64,000 nucleotides of DNA from Pocillopora damicornis (Eukaryota): the NCBI RefSeq assembly GCF_003704095.1, contig NW_020846357.1, positions 186,001-250,000 on the forward strand, given 5' to 3'. A program made the position numbers and the translations under genes. Position 1 is the stretch's first letter, and the number at the start of each line of letters is the position of its first letter. Positions 37,401-51,248 of this stretch are shown here, one piece after another. A model generated the notes under the pieces. The model was not told the origin of the DNA, did no database searches, and saw only the letters and a list, made by a program, of their open reading frames with translations.

Positions 37401-40400
37401 GTGCTTCCTGGTACGTATGCTCAGAAAATTTATCAGGTTAGTCAACTGAATAATTCTGCAAGAGTGGTTTAATTCGTGTCAGTTTACGCATCATGGTTTA
37501 GGAAAACATTTTGTGGCCGATCTGTAACGTGAAGTGATCCACTTAAGATCGCGATTTTCTTTATGTGTGTGGCCTTTTGTCTTATTTTCAGTCACCTAAA
37601 GAATATGGATTACCTTACGGTTGCTCTAAGGATCAACACAATATTTTAATAAGCCAAAATAAACCTTGTATCAATAAACTTCCGTTTCTTTTCTTTTTTT
37701 CTGAATAACTTTGCACCCAAAAAAGACCTTAATTTGTCCTTGCTGGTCACACTCACAGAACCAAAACAAGTGCTGTTTTCAAGTCAATACCAAAAATGAA
37801 CTTTGTAATAGAGGATATTGAGAATTATTCTCTGTTCATTAAATGGAAATGAGTTTTAACAAAACGTAAAACACTAAAACACTTCGTGTTTCTTTAAGTA
37901 CCAACTACTTCATCCAGGAGGAGAAAGGATCATTCGACGACTTTGATACAGGAGGCAATGAAGAAGTTGACCCTTTCACAAGAATTATTGGATGGAAAGG
38001 TGGAGTTAGGCATACCGTGGAACCCGCTCGCTGTGTCGACGAGGCAAATGGAGAATTGCCAAATATATCTACGGTCTGTTTCGTCGTGGAGTGATGAAAA
38101 GCAAGCACAAAGTGAAATATCTCCTCACCGAAAGAGAACTGCAAGGGAAACCTTTAGTAAAAATAACATTTATGGTGAGATAAAATCTTTGCAAAGTCAT
38201 GATTGAACTGCGGAGAAACAATAGGCAAAGTTTTCTGCTTGTTACTTCTTTTCTTCATCATTTATTTGCCTTTTTTCCTTTGTCCAGATGAGGTACAAGA
38301 TGGAAGCTTGTCGCGAGACTTACAGCCGTTTTCAGGGGGAAAGCCGAAGGAACAACAATCGGGTAAGTACTTACACAACAATAACATTGAACAACACAGC
38401 TATACTTTGATCGAAATGTCATTTAAATCTGATGTCAAAGCTGATTCTCAAACAGTATTTAAGAGAAGTCAACAAGCATCCTAATACCTATGGGAACGTC
38501 AAAACTTAGATCTATACCTCTTTTTTCTTTTTTTGTGTGTGTTAAGGTGAGGATGGAGGAAAAACGCAGACATTGGCTTCAAAACGCGATATCCATGACA
38601 CTTTGTCTACACTTTCGACTTCATCAGATACCACAACGAGATTCAATTCACGCTCGTCAAACACCAGCAAGTTTGTGACAGAAGTTAGAGATACCTCCGG
38701 AGAGACAGACGAACGGGAACCATATTTCACGAAACGCACAATAATTCCGGCATTAAGACAATTTTCTGGTGGCATTGATGATTTCTTTTTACTCAGGGAA
38801 GGTCATAAGAATTCCTCAAAGTCACCCAGTTCTGGCCAATGTGCACCAACAAGTAAGAATGGACTACCTCGCTCTTTAATCTATCCTTTTGGGCTTATTA
38901 ACTGTTTTTGGGCTTATTAACTGTTCTTTGATGAGAAAATCAAAACAGTTGCTTAACTTTGGGAAATTGCATTCAACATCCTTAAAAAAAGAAAGAAAAC
39001 ATTAAGTTAGGGAATCAAAGTTAAAAGAGAAGTACATCATGTTTTTTAATAATGTGCGATATCTATGCCGAGGAGTGTCATTGGACAAGTAACACATCAC
39101 CAAATTGTTATAATTTTCAAAAGTACACAAAAAACTTGAAACTCCTTATTTGGATACAAAACATTTGAGTCCGATAAAATTTCACAAAGTTGTTTTTCTA
39201 CTTCTTTTCACGCCCGCCTTCATGAACTCGTTCAAATTACTGCTCTTTTCTTCAGTCTCTTGAATATCTATCTAAATTATCATTTGATCGGGACCCTTGC
39301 TAAGAGAAGACTCTTTTTAGTGGAAATCCAGTACCATTTTCGTTTTCTCTCTTTCAGAAAAAGTCGTAAAGGCGGCGAAAGTGCGTCCTTCGGTGTTCAC
39401 AACAGAGCAGACAGGATTCAACTCTAGTGAAACGCAAGATCCAACGGGCTATGAGTGTCACAGCCAGCTACATAGTAACTATCACGTACGGCAGCGTGAC
39501 ATACCTGTTGAACTGTCAGACGATTTCCAAGAAATTTTAGACGAGTTGATCGGGCATGTAAAGCCTCTTTTATCTAAGCTTCAGAGAGCTGGGGTTGTGC
39601 CACAAACTAAGACGCTTTCGAACTTAAATCCAGAGTATACAAGATTCGTTTTGAAGCAAACTCAAATGTCCCTTAATGAAGGAGAGCACAAAAGTGATAT
39701 TTATGGCATGTCTATATGCCTGCATGCGCTTGTCTCTTCTGTTGATGTTCTTATGCATAGTGGTTTGGAAGCTGCAGTAGGTGAGATTGGCAATTTCTGC
39801 GACATTTTCACAGCTTGTACAACTAGTTTCTTGTGATTTAGACTAAAAATTCTAATTCAAACTCAGATTTGAATGAGGCTATTTGACAGTTCTGCCTGTT
39901 AAACTAATTGAACTACAAGCAGGGATTTGAGGGGTTAATGTTTATCAAAACAGTGATATATTTTCCTTTCTTTATTCCAGCCTTCTTCAGCTCAATAAAT
40001 GAAAAGTACAGCAGTTTAATAGGGGGAGCTCTGGAATCAACGCGGAGATACCTCTTCGAAACACGTTTCGCGTTTGAACAGCAGAAAATAATTCACCCAA
40101 AGCTTTCAAAGCTGCTAACCATCGTAGCAAAGTGGAGTAAAGATCAAGAAGCCTGCAGCGCAAACGCTGCTATCATCGTTTACACTTTCCACGAAAAGTT
40201 AACCAAAGAAATTACAGAGACATTGTCAGGTTTACACGGAGTTCAGACCAGGTTATTTAACAAGGACACAGAAATCGATGCTTTGCAGGAAGAAAATGGA
40301 CAAATGGTAATCTATGTTGTGAATGGCTTAGCAGCAAGCGAGGATTTTCCGTGGGCAAGTTTTGACTTTGTGCTGGACTACAACCTGAGTGGAACAGTAA

Positions 40401-43400
40401 CAAGGGAGGAACTTTCTCGCAGCACAAGACTTAAATCTCATGTAATCTTGAAAACGATTTCAAAAGTTTCAATGGGAAATCATTTAAGTGAGGCCGAAGG
40501 TTAGAACCTGAATTTCACTTCTAAAGGAGTTGTTGATGTTGTGATACAATCAAAGTTAGGTCCAGACCAATTGATTTTCATTTTGTTTCTCTTATTTTAA
40601 TGTAGTTTTGCAGGAAATATTGCTACAAAATACGCAGCATACAAATTATGCAAATATACAATATCATCACATTTTCCACTGAGGCATGATCGATATCAAT
40701 CTTGAAAAGGAGGAATTTTTAAGCTTAATAGCAATGTACGTATAAACATGTAAGCTATCGAGGATGAGTTTCATGACAAGTCTTGTTGGTTAATATCGAA
40801 TCCTCAAGGCTGCTTTAGAGTTGATACTGGTTTCTGTAGCATGAAGCAGCCAGGATTATTGCTATCGTCAAAAGTAACTCCCAGCTATGTATTAACTTTT
40901 CTAGTGAGCTGGCTGATCCCTTGTGTCCCCCCGTGGGTATTGAGTGTCCGTGTGAGTGTGAAGTGTCGTACCGAAGAATACAACATGTTGGCTGGAACTC
41001 GGGTTTGGACTTCTCCACACCCCAACGCCCTAACAATTAGTTTGCTGAGAAGCTCCTTGCGGTGAAAGTTGTCAATTCTGCTACCATCTCCTTAAGACAT
41101 TCTCTTTTCCGCTTTTCCTTTATTAATTAACTTTCCTTATTTATGCAAAGTCTCATATCTAACTCAAGCTGTAAACTATGTGTATGCATCAAAGGATAAC
41201 GACATTTATTATGTGCTGAATGCCAGTCTCATAACCAGTGTAAAGGACCTCACGTGGTTATCTATCATTTCTCTCTCAGACATTAGTGACGCCAGCTTGT
41301 TAAGCGACCAAGATCAGTACATTTTCATCGGCAGTGAAAAATTTACACATAATAAAGATCTCCTGCATCTCCTTGAAACTTGCCACAATGTCATGATCTA
41401 TGAAAGACGAAGAAGTAAGACAAAGTCTGAAGATTCTCTGAACAAAGTGCTTCTACAGCCAGACGTGATGATTGACGAGAGAACCTGCATTCATCTCCAG
41501 CATTTGTCTTCTCTAACAGATGAGAACGAATATAAAGGATTGAGAGATGTGGTGCTGTCACTGTCCCTCAAATGCCACAAGTGTCATATTATCATGTATT
41601 CTAACAAACAGCCAGAGTACGTATCCAAGACAAAAATAATATTTTGGTGATGACCCTGCAAGATGTATCCGGTAGATTTTGGGATAAGGTCAGGGTTAGT
41701 CAGTGCTAACTTATTACAAACTCTTGTTTTTATTCAGCCATGCCTTTACAGGAGAAGTTCTTCGCCACTTATCCCTTCTGTTTGCCAGCTGTGCACATTT
41801 TCAAAAGAATGAGTTTGAAGTGGAGATCCTGTACTCCTTTACTATGAAAGAAACTGCTCGTCTCATCAGACAGATAGGTGACAAAGCTAAGGCACAGTCT
41901 CCAGTGTGGAACAAGATGGAATGGCCAAAAAGGAAATGGTTAACAAACGAAGCAAGTGCGGTGAGATAAATTGGCTTCATTCACTTCGTGTCTAGAAAAC
42001 ATCGCAAAATATTTTTTGCGACATAGAGAGATCTGTTTATGTCCTCAAGACTAATTAGGTGTTGTTTTGTTTGAAGCATGAGGAGTTCCTGGTGTCACTT
42101 CCGTGTATGAATTCATTCAGGTAATCAAAGCGAGATAACTTGTCTAACGGTAATGATCTACATAAAAATCAATTCAACAAAAGATTTTTTTATAGATATT
42201 AAAAAAGAAACATTACGGTCACAACACTTAATACTTTGAATTTTATGTCTGTCAGTTCACTTTAACTACAACACCCGACAAGGTGCACAGTACACTGATT
42301 AGCGTTAAAGGTTTCCTTTATAACTCATTTATTATTTACTCAGTGCACAAGTGATGCTAACCGCTGCCCCACTAGCTGAGCTGTTGAAAATGTCACCTGA
42401 GGAATTGAAAGAAACCTGTCCTTGGATTCCGCCGAAAACTCTCTCAGTATGCGGAATTAAGTTTGTATATGAGTGTTAGTAAAGTTATACATACTACTGC
42501 ACTAATAGTATTGAATGAGGAACTTTGATTGATTTAATATCATCGTGTCATAACCTATGCGATGATGTCACTAAGAGCTTGAGAAACTTGACTGATCTTC
42601 ATTACCACGCCTGAGATTTTGATCCTCAAATCAGTAAGATAATGCTGAAGCGAGCTAGAGAAGAACGCGTAAACTCATTCATCCTTGTGTATCAAATTAT
42701 TCGTTTATCAGTTTGGACCTCCCCATGTGAAATTTTCTCAGGTCCTTTTGGTGACATCCTTTATCGTGTTTGTTTTCAAAGACTTCAACTAATGTGATGT
42801 GATAAAAAAACGTATATTATAGGGTCGGCTGCTTAGTAATGTAACCTTTGCACTGTTTATAGCTACTCCAATGACAATGTTATGTATCACTTAAAAGTAT
42901 CTACTTGGCTTTCTTCTAGGAATTTTACAAGTCTGTGAACTGGTGTTCTGAGTTAGACCCTGATATGCCAGTCTTTTCAATAGCGCAGCCGTCACTTCAA
43001 ACTTCCTCACAAAGCTGCTTTGCTGTAGAACCGTCGCCACATCAAATGTCCTTGGCTGCCTCAGAGTCCAATTCTTCCCCTGATAGCATGGTTGCTACAA
43101 GTGATGCCTTGGTGGAATCCACTGACTACAGGCTTAATGATCCACCGTCACTTTGGGTAAACATTCAACAAACGCGAGAAACCACGAGAGACCCTGTGAC
43201 TGATAGGGTTTATCATACTTACCCTCAAGATAAACCAGTAACTGATGACTGGTCTGCTGGCGCCTTTGGAGATCGCTTGAATTCTTTTCTCGGCGTTTCT
43301 CAAAGAGACGAGGCTGAACATCACTGCCCTCCGTTCCCAGATATTCCTGATACACATGATAGCGAATGGAGACCCTTGATAGCGAGAAATATATCTTCAA

Positions 43401-45477
43401 AGTCATGGAAGGACAACGTTGAATCAGATTTGAGGCGATGCATCACAGAGAAAAAGGTAACCATCATGCCAAAAGGGAGATAAATATTCCATATGTGTAT
43501 TATTCCGTGCTTAGTTTTCAACCAGCTTATTTGTTTTGCGACAAGAAGCAAAGAGTGAGAGACATGACGAATAGAGGGATATAGAGCTAGGACAGAGGAT
43601 GAAAGGAGAGTTCTATTAATGATGGAGGGAGGAGGAAGGCAAGTAAAGGTGATGGCCTGCCTTCCAATCAATGGGTGTCCTTGAACTTAACCACTTAATT
43701 TCCTCGGCCCTTTCACCCTTTGTTACATGTTGTGTGCCATCTCACCTGTTATCTCTCCTTTGTCTTAAGGTACCGTACATCAGGTATGATCACCAAGTAA
43801 CGTCCAATTATCCAGTTAAGAGTCATTATTTTTCTGAATTTCCCGGTTCCTGTCGATCAAGACCCGAAGAAATAAGCCATTTAAGGGATGACAATGAAGA
43901 CTACTTGACGCATGACGAAGACATCGACGTGACTGGTCGCTCAGCGATGTCTTTAAACTTTCCAATAGCAAGAGGATCTACGACACACTCTTCGAGAGAA
44001 CAGAATGATCACTTTGACTCGTCTTGGGACAGAAACGTCTGCAGTCGAAGGTACCAGAACCCCAGAGATTACCGTACTCATCAGATACCGCAAGCACGTG
44101 TACTGGATAAAGATCATTCAAGCAAACGCGTGAGGTAAGAGCAGCTATGGTAAACATAATGTTTATCTTGTTTTCTGTGTGTTTCTGGCCTAAGTTTTAC
44201 TTCAGACTGTGTCAGCATAGTCATAGGCTAAACATCTTCGGAGCAATAACGATTATATAATGACGCGCCTTCTGTTTCAAAACATTCTTAAAAAAGAAGA
44301 AGTAAAGAGATTACTGTAAGTACTGGTCTAGGCTTGTGCCCTCGTATGACCGCCAAAAAGCTTTGCCGCAAAGACCTGGAGACGAGAATGAAACGTATTC
44401 AATTGAATGTTCGCAGGCAAGCTGTGCGAGTATTAGACCTTGGAAACGAGGCTACCCGTGCTGTTCCAACTAAAGTGGGAATAGCTCAACCACAAAGGAG
44501 AGTTTATGGCTCATCTGATTATCCTCAAGTGTCTGTACCGAGTACATCAAGTCAAGCGCTAAGAGAAAATACTGTCGCTAGTAAACACAAACGAGTTAGT
44601 CTTGGTATTGAAAGATCTACTAACTCTGCGTCAAAATGTGCACAACAGGTAAGTATTTCCTGTCACCTCTATGGTGATTTACACAGAGCTTGTTTTAAAG
44701 GTCGCTTTCCACTGAGTTGCTTAAAAAACAAAGCCGTTTTTTTTTTTCCGAGTGAATAAATATACCAACAAGTTCTCTGTTATCGTGCATTTACAGCAGA
44801 AATGACACAAAACCGTTGAAAATGTCATATACTACAATAGCTAGGAGAAAGGAGGGAGTCTGTATAATTTGTCACTAAAATCTCGTAACCCCACAGAGCA
44901 CTACTTATTCAAAAGTTTACTTGTCGGGTAAACCCTGTGTAAACTTATTTACCTCTGATCGTGACAAAGAGAGCGAAATAGCATGTTTGCAAAGAAAAGT
45001 AACCAACAGATAAACATTTCATTTTCATGACAGCTACGAGGAGGGGAACACGCGGTAACAGCAAAACGGCCGCCCCTAGACGGTGAGTTACTATCTTTTA
45101 TACAACTTCACAACACGAGGGCAGCATTGGGACGCAAGCTAAAAGAGTACCAAAAAACGTGACGATAGCTTATACGTGATAAGCAGTAACGGGGGCGCGA
45201 TCTTTCCCCTATTCACTCCACCAGTGCTTTTCTAACCTTAATGGAAGGGGAATCACTCGAGGAACAAGGGAATCTATACGTGGTATTACCAGGGGCATTA
45301 AAAGATCTAGTTCAAAATGATGTGAAGAATAACTTGTGTTTATTGAATCTATTAGATCCTGATGAATGGTCTTTCTTCCCTTCGTACCTGTCCTCAAAAC
45401 GGCGTAAGCTGACCTACGAAAAGATCCCTGGTGTAGAAAGTGGTCAAACTAAGCTTGTGTTCAAGTACGACAAGTAG
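34419..45477 (+). CDS. SHOC1: Protein shortage in chiasmata 1 ortholog (C9orf84/Zip2-like; ERCC4/XPF-like plus helix-hairpin-helix), multi-exon
   Basis: N-term [10 protein letters not shown]; IHPKLSKL; XPF-like exon [14 protein letters not shown]...[13 protein letters not shown]; Hh[20 protein letters not shown]...PWIPPK; C-terminal [22 protein letters not shown] matches the recalled SHOC1 tail (YEKVPG..GQT.L.F). Confidence 0.85.
40803..41045 (-). mobile_element. Decayed SINE fragment in SHOC1 intron
   Basis: GGTTTCTGTAGCATGAAG... segment shared with 23020-23300 and, as reverse complement, with 18370-18640. Confidence 0.45.
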
Positions 45478-45795
45478 TTTGGATCATTCTTCGAAAAACG
45501 TTTAGTGTGCTATTAGTCCACATTTTGTTCATAAATCCCTTAAGACCTATGGCTTTGAAACAAACCTGAGCGAAAAAAGAGATCTTGCTGTAACTTGACA
45601 GCATTAAACAAAGCATTCACTAGAGATAATGTCGTTGATGACAGGGAGCCTTTTTGTCAATATTGGAAACATTGCACACGAGTTTAATACCCACTTATTG
45701 CATCATTAAAGTTATATTTGTAACTGGGTCCTTGAGTGTCTTAAAGCGTTTGTAAAAAGAAATTTTAAACGTCCTAACTTTAGATTCTATAAGCA

Positions 45796-48700
45796 TCATG
45801 AGCTTTCGGCTGTATCATCAGTCGGCAAAGAATTATCCGTAGGTGGAGGGTGAGACAACACTCTGTCAATCAAACCAAACTCTTTAGCTTCCTCAGGTGA
45901 CATAAACTTGTCCCGTTCCAGCGCTTTTTCTGATGTACAAAAATTGGAAACAAATAAGCCATCAATAAATGCGTGAACAAGTGATTAATTCAGTGTTTGG
46001 CATTGTGGGTGTCCGAGATAGACCAGGATTGGTTTTATTTTGCTTCTCTACGTTCTCTGATTGGTCCAAAAACTTGTGATCCTCTCGACTTATCATATGC
46101 AAAACTTAAATCCATCGCGATTTTGTCACTCTCACTCCTTGTCTATGTTATGATCAATGCAACAAATGTAGCAATTTGAAGCAAGTAGCTTATAACATGT
46201 TTTCAAAATCTTACCTATTTCATCAAGAGGCTGACCCGTGTGTTTAACATAGATCTTATTTAGGAGTGTCTTGAGCTTAAGAATTTCCTCTGCTTGAATG
46301 GCTATATCTGTGGCTTGGCCCTAAAAAAATAATGAAAAATTTACAATGGACATCTTTGCATAGTCATGCAGTCAGAGCACCCTTAACTTTGCCTAGTACT
46401 TATCTCAAGTTCACACACATCTTTCAGTTACATGCAAAATAATTACCTCTTCCTTGTTTAAGGCTGCATAAACTAAGTCAAATTGAAGTTCAAAGGATGT
46501 TGATGTTTCTCAAACATTTGAGTGACTACTTTCAAGGGTATATCAACAAAAAGTAACAACAACAACATACCCGTGCTCCTCCATGTGGTTGATGCACCAT
46601 AACCCTAGCATGTGGTAAAGCATGTCTCAAACCTGGGCTTCCTGCAGTTAACAGCAGGGAACCCATGCTGCAAGCTTGCCCCATACACCATGTGGAGATA
46701 GGAGGTTGAATATACTGGAGAAGGAAATATCGGTACATTATGAGACTTTCTTACTTTCACTGACGAAGAGCACTTAAGATGAGGTTCCCTTCAGTAATCC
46801 TTTCAATACTTCAGAATTACTGCACCCTTGCAGATGCTCATTTCATTCTTCTGTATAGAAACTCTTGCAATGCCATAAAACTCCATGAACATCTTTGATA
46901 AGCAGTAACTTTCAGAAAACCTGCTCTCTCTCCCCCACCCCCCCAAATTAAAAAAAAAGGGGTTTACACCTCTACCAAAACTCTGGGCTATGATTTTGTA
47001 CAGAATAAACAAACAAATGTGATACAATTGCTTAAAAATTGTAACAAGCATACCTGCATTGTGTCATAGATGGCTAATCCTGCTGTAACTGACCCACCTG
47101 ACAAGAACACAAAATAATTAAGTTTCACGTGTAAACCTGACCTAAAACATCCAGAACACAATATATCACACAGGTGGGTAAGTGGTTAGTGCTCTAGACT
47201 CTGGATTAAAAGGTCCACGTTTGAGAACTGGCCTAGTCATTGTATTGAAATGCTACGCAAGACACTTTATTCCCACAGCACCTTTCTCCACCCAGGAGTA
47301 TAAATGTGAGACTGCAAACTTTCAGAGGAAGCTGACAAAGTTAGAGAGGCTAACCTCTCACTTACTCTAAATTCCTTTAGAAGGCTGAGGTCAGGATAAC
47401 TTCTTTTTAACTTAGAAGGTGACTTTTTTTGCTAAACCCTAAATATCAAATTAAATGTATTAAAACCATGGCTTTGATCACAATATATGACAACTTTCCT
47501 TGTTATCCTGATTTTCCCACAGATAGTTTTTCCCAACATAACAACAGTAATTAGCAACAGTATGTTTAAAAGTGCCTTTAATTTTAATTAAATCACCTGG
47601 ACTGTTGATGTACATATGAACAGGAGTTCTATCATTCTCAGACTGTAGAAATAATAGCTGAGCCACAACAAGACTTGACAACTCATCTGATATCTAAAAA
47701 ACAACAACAGAAAAAAAACCATTTGAAAAAGGTTCTGAATCAGTGATTAAAAATACATCAGGTTTGTTGGCAAGGCAGAGAAACTAGAGAACACAGGGGT
47801 CCCAACAAAAAACCCTCAGAGAAGAAAGGAAAACCAACAAAACATTCAAACACATGAAATGCTACATACAGGAACTAAAGTGGGGTGACAGCATTGAGAG
47901 ATGAGTGCTGCAGCAACTGCATCATCTCCACTGCCCCTTGATAACCAGCCAGCATCAGTTTCTTGTAGGATGTTATGTCCAAATTCCTTAATATGGCATC
48001 ACAAAGGATTGTTGTCCGAATGCAAAAAACTTTATCATTATTTCTTTGCACATTGCACACTGTTATACTGGACTGGCCCACAAAAATGTGAGCTAATCAC
48101 ATGTGATTTTATGCATTTAGTTAGTTTCTTATAATAATGACAAATTTTACTACAAGGCTGTCTCTCTTAGAGGCAAACAAAGTGAATCCTGCATTCTGAC
48201 TGGTTGACAATCTATTCCTTCACAAAAGGCTTCAGGTCAAAAATTGTTCAAATGATAAGTCCTTGTTCAGTCAAACTAGACACACAATTTTATAGTTTTT
48301 TTTTCTCATTCTCCTAGCTGATTCTTGTGCTACTTAATTAAGAACAATGAATTCTACTTTGAATAAGCTGCGTTTTCAACTCTCTTTTCCTTCAAAAACT
48401 ACCACAACTTAGAGTAATCACTTGCATATCTGGTTACATTTTAAAATTTAAACATCGTCACTTACAGGACCCATAACACACACTATTCGCTCTTTCAGAA
48501 GACGGGAAAATATGTCATAGGCTCTTTCACCTCTTCCCTGAAAAACATTAAGATAAATCTTTCATCAATCAGAAAACAGGAAGAGAAGGTTCTGAGCACG
48601 TATCAAAGTTGAAATACTTTAAGAAATATAAATGCTCCGGCTCTGTAATTACATACCGTTTGTTCGATCACCATAGGAATCAAGAACTGTCTCCTGCAAG

Positions 48701-48831
48701 ACGTATGTATCCCTCGCGATATCCTAGAAATTACCTAAACAGGAAAATATACGGTGTATCAAATAAAAGGGTAACTTGTGACGAAAAAGTTTCAATGGTA
48801 CTCTTACGTAAAGTCCTTGTCGAGCAGCCAT
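45796..48831 (-). CDS. CLPP: ATP-dependent Clp protease proteolytic subunit, mitochondrial; 8 exons: 48831-48808, 48734-48657, 48537-48466, 47693-47597, 47097-47054, 46714-46571, 46320-46215, 45929-45796
   Basis: Arg-rich presequence, [42 protein letters not shown], catalytic GQACSMG (Ser), MVHQP (His), ERDKFM (Asp). Confidence 0.97.
47174..47350 (+). mobile_element. tRNA-derived SINE in CLPP intron (antisense to the gene)
   Basis: A-box-like GTGGTTAGTGC, decayed B-box GTTTGAGA, body CAAGACACTT...CTCCACCCAGGAGTATAAATG; weaker copies at about 8045-8170 and 18370-18640. Confidence 0.6.
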
Positions 48832-48982
48832 GTTGAATTTGGATTGTAGCCGCAGGTCATAGTCACTGCAGACACTGAGTATGATGTCATCCCCAGTATA
48901 TCTCAATTTTAGTTGAAAAACTGACCAGGTCCAGGCTGTCGGTGCATTTCATCACCTTGTGGGATACCGAAGAAAGTTCCTT

Positions 48983-49159
48983 TATCTACAATGTTTACAG
49001 GAGATATAGATATCCACACTGTCTACTTTAATACAGTTATTGCTACTGCCTGCTGTTGATAAAGCTACCTACCTCTTGTTTCTACTGTTGACACAGTAAA
49101 TAGTTATATATCTGCTGAAGATAGTGCAGACAGTTGTATCTCGTAGATAATGTAGATAG
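48983..49159. mobile_element. Degenerate inverted-repeat element (MITE-like) upstream of CLPP
   Basis: TATCTACAATG...GAGATATA...CACTGTCT versus AGATAGTG...TGTATCTC...AATGTAGATA imperfect arms of about 40 bp. Confidence 0.5.
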
Positions 49160-49566
49160 TTTTTTTTTCCTGCTTTTCTCAGTGTAGGGAGTGGAGTGAA
49201 GAAGACATAAAGCATTGGGTTGTGGTCGAACATAAATAAAGTGTAACTGACGTATCTAACGAAGTGATTTAGTTTGAAGCGTTTACCAAATGCTCAGTCA
49301 GTGGACATGAGCGGGGAAGCGGATAGGAGACAAACGACGGTTGTGGTTGTCAGGGAAACGCCTAAAAGAGTGACAACCCTCCTGCCTCTAATTATATTTT
49401 TTTTTTACTGACCTTCATTTGAAAAGCGCGAAATGAGCCTGTGCTCCCTCCCCAAAGGGTGAAGGGAAGACTGCATCCGAGAAAATAGCTCAAATTGAGT
49501 GTAAAAAATCACTCACTGTATGTTATACCTCTCACTTGAAGGTTTTTGGAAATCTATAGGTAGCTC

Positions 49567-49783
49567 TCTCGAAATAAATGTCAGTCAAATATTAAGTGTT
49601 ACCCGATTTTTCAGTCAAAAGATGCGCAGATTTTAAATCTGAAAATATTGAAAACGAATAGAATGATTGAAGACATTTTCAGAATCTATTCCTTTTTTGA
49701 ATGATTTTCAAGCTCTCTTTAAGCTCAAGTCATCTGTTTTCAGAATAACTGAGCGGTGAATTTTCATGAAAAGCTACAGAATA
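49567..49783 (+). repeat. Direct repeat, copy 1 (downstream of second GPCR)
   Basis: About 11 mismatches in the first about 128 bp versus 51249-51459 (hand count). Confidence 0.9.
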
Positions 49784-49979
49784 GAGTGAATTCGCAGAAC
49801 CTGTTCGTTATATGCAAATTAGTTTGTCACTAAATGCTAAATTCAAATAGATCTACACTGCCGGATTTTCCCCGTGTAAATTCCTAGTCAACAGACATTA
49901 CAAAGCGTAATGATTGCTTACGGTTAGAAAAACTTTTGCTTATTTTCTGTACGTAACTTTCCATTTAATTTGCTTCTTT

Positions 49980-50906
49980 TTAGCAAATAATGAGGCTTCC
50001 TAAAGTGCTCAATGCTGCGCGTCTTAGATCCTTTATCCTCCAAAAATAAATCAGAGGATTTAAAGAGCTATTGGCAAAAACGATTGTTACTAAAACTGAA
50101 TACTCTACAACATCGATGGACTTGTGTCCTCTGCGAGTGAGTTTTTTTAGTTCCACACATAAATAAGGAAGGTAGCATAACACGAACAGTTTTAAAACCA
50201 TTAGAGACGTAAAAGTCTTTGCTTTGTACTTAAGCAAATCAAAAGCATTTTGTTCTTGGTTAATGGGTTGTTCAGTTTGTATCTGCCGTTGATGTCGACG
50301 AATAATTTTCCAAATTGTCTTATAGCTGTAACAAATCACTAAAATACAACACAGTGCTCCTGCGACAGACAGTATGGCAAGGATTGAATACCTTCCCACA
50401 GCGAACCAGATGATTAACGAAATCAAAATCTGAAATACCCAAAGCTGAAATACAACAGAAGCCACTCTTTTTGAAGTCACTAGTTCATGGTAACGTAAAG
50501 GCCAATGAATAGCGACAGCTCTCTCTATGCTCAAGTAAGTTAACGTTCCTAAAGATAATGCTGTGAAGAGATACGCCAGAAACATTTGAATTTCAAAAAC
50601 TACACAAAAGGTGGCGACAAGACGAGCATAAACATATAAACATAGCATAGGTTGGAGTAACAAACCCACGCAGAGATCGGCCATAGCTAAAGATGCAACC
50701 AGTATATTTGACACGGAATGAAGAGAAAACGTCTTCCACAACGAAAAGAGGATAAAAACATTGGCAACAACAGCAACCGGCGACAGTAGTCCGTTTATAA
50801 TACTGATTCCGATAACAAAATTACGGTAGTTGTGCTCATAAAGTATGGTAGAGTTTGTTTGTACAGTTGCTCCGAGTATCACACAGAAGCTGGAAGCGTT
50901 GGTCAT
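49980..50906 (-). CDS. Rhodopsin-family (class A) orphan GPCR, intronless, melanocortin/adenosine-receptor-like architecture
   Basis: MTNASSFC start with N-glycosylation sequons; SLAMAD, ERA in place of DRY, CYLP, NSSLNPLIY.WR; very short Cys-free ECL2. Confidence 0.9.
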   Translation of the reverse strand: MTNASSFCVILGATVQTNSTILYEHNYRNFVIGISIINGLLSPVAVVANVFILFSLWKTFSLHSVSNILVASLAMADLCVGLLLQPMLCLYVYARLVATFCVVFEIQMFLAYLFTALSLGTLTYLSIERAVAIHWPLRYHELVTSKRVASVVFQLWVFQILISLIIWFAVGRYSILAILSVAGALCCILVICYSYKTIWKIIRRHQRQIQTEQPINQEQNAFDLLKYKAKTFTSLMVLKLFVLCYLPYLCVELKKLTRRGHKSIDVVEYSVLVTIVFANSSLNPLIYFWRIKDLRRAALSTLGSLIIC

Positions 50907-51248
50907 TTTCTTTTTGACGATTTCAGTCTTCAGAAACTTCACAACCTCTCATCTTCTCGGCTCTCAAATAAATATACATCTGTGGTGGTTGTTAGTCTTA
51001 AGAATTAAAACGTTTTCAACGTCAATTTCGTTTTTAGTGCGGGAACCTCACTCAAAACATTACTTGATTGGAGTTAAGAATTGAAAATCATGGTTTCGGG
51101 GCGACGAAATGACTTTTGAAGATTGAAATTCTATTTATTGACAGACATTGTCTCTTAAATAAACAGGATTTCCGTAACAAATACTTTGTTAGCGTCTTGT
51201 TGCTGAAACTGTTTTGTCGGTTTATTTTTAAATGGGGAAGCGCTGTTT

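Noticed and set aside
46741-46775. U3 snoRNA 5' end or another hammerhead (CTGACGAAGAGC)
   Set aside because: No U3 box A/B/C/D series, and no stem II closure, GAAA box or cleavage triplet.
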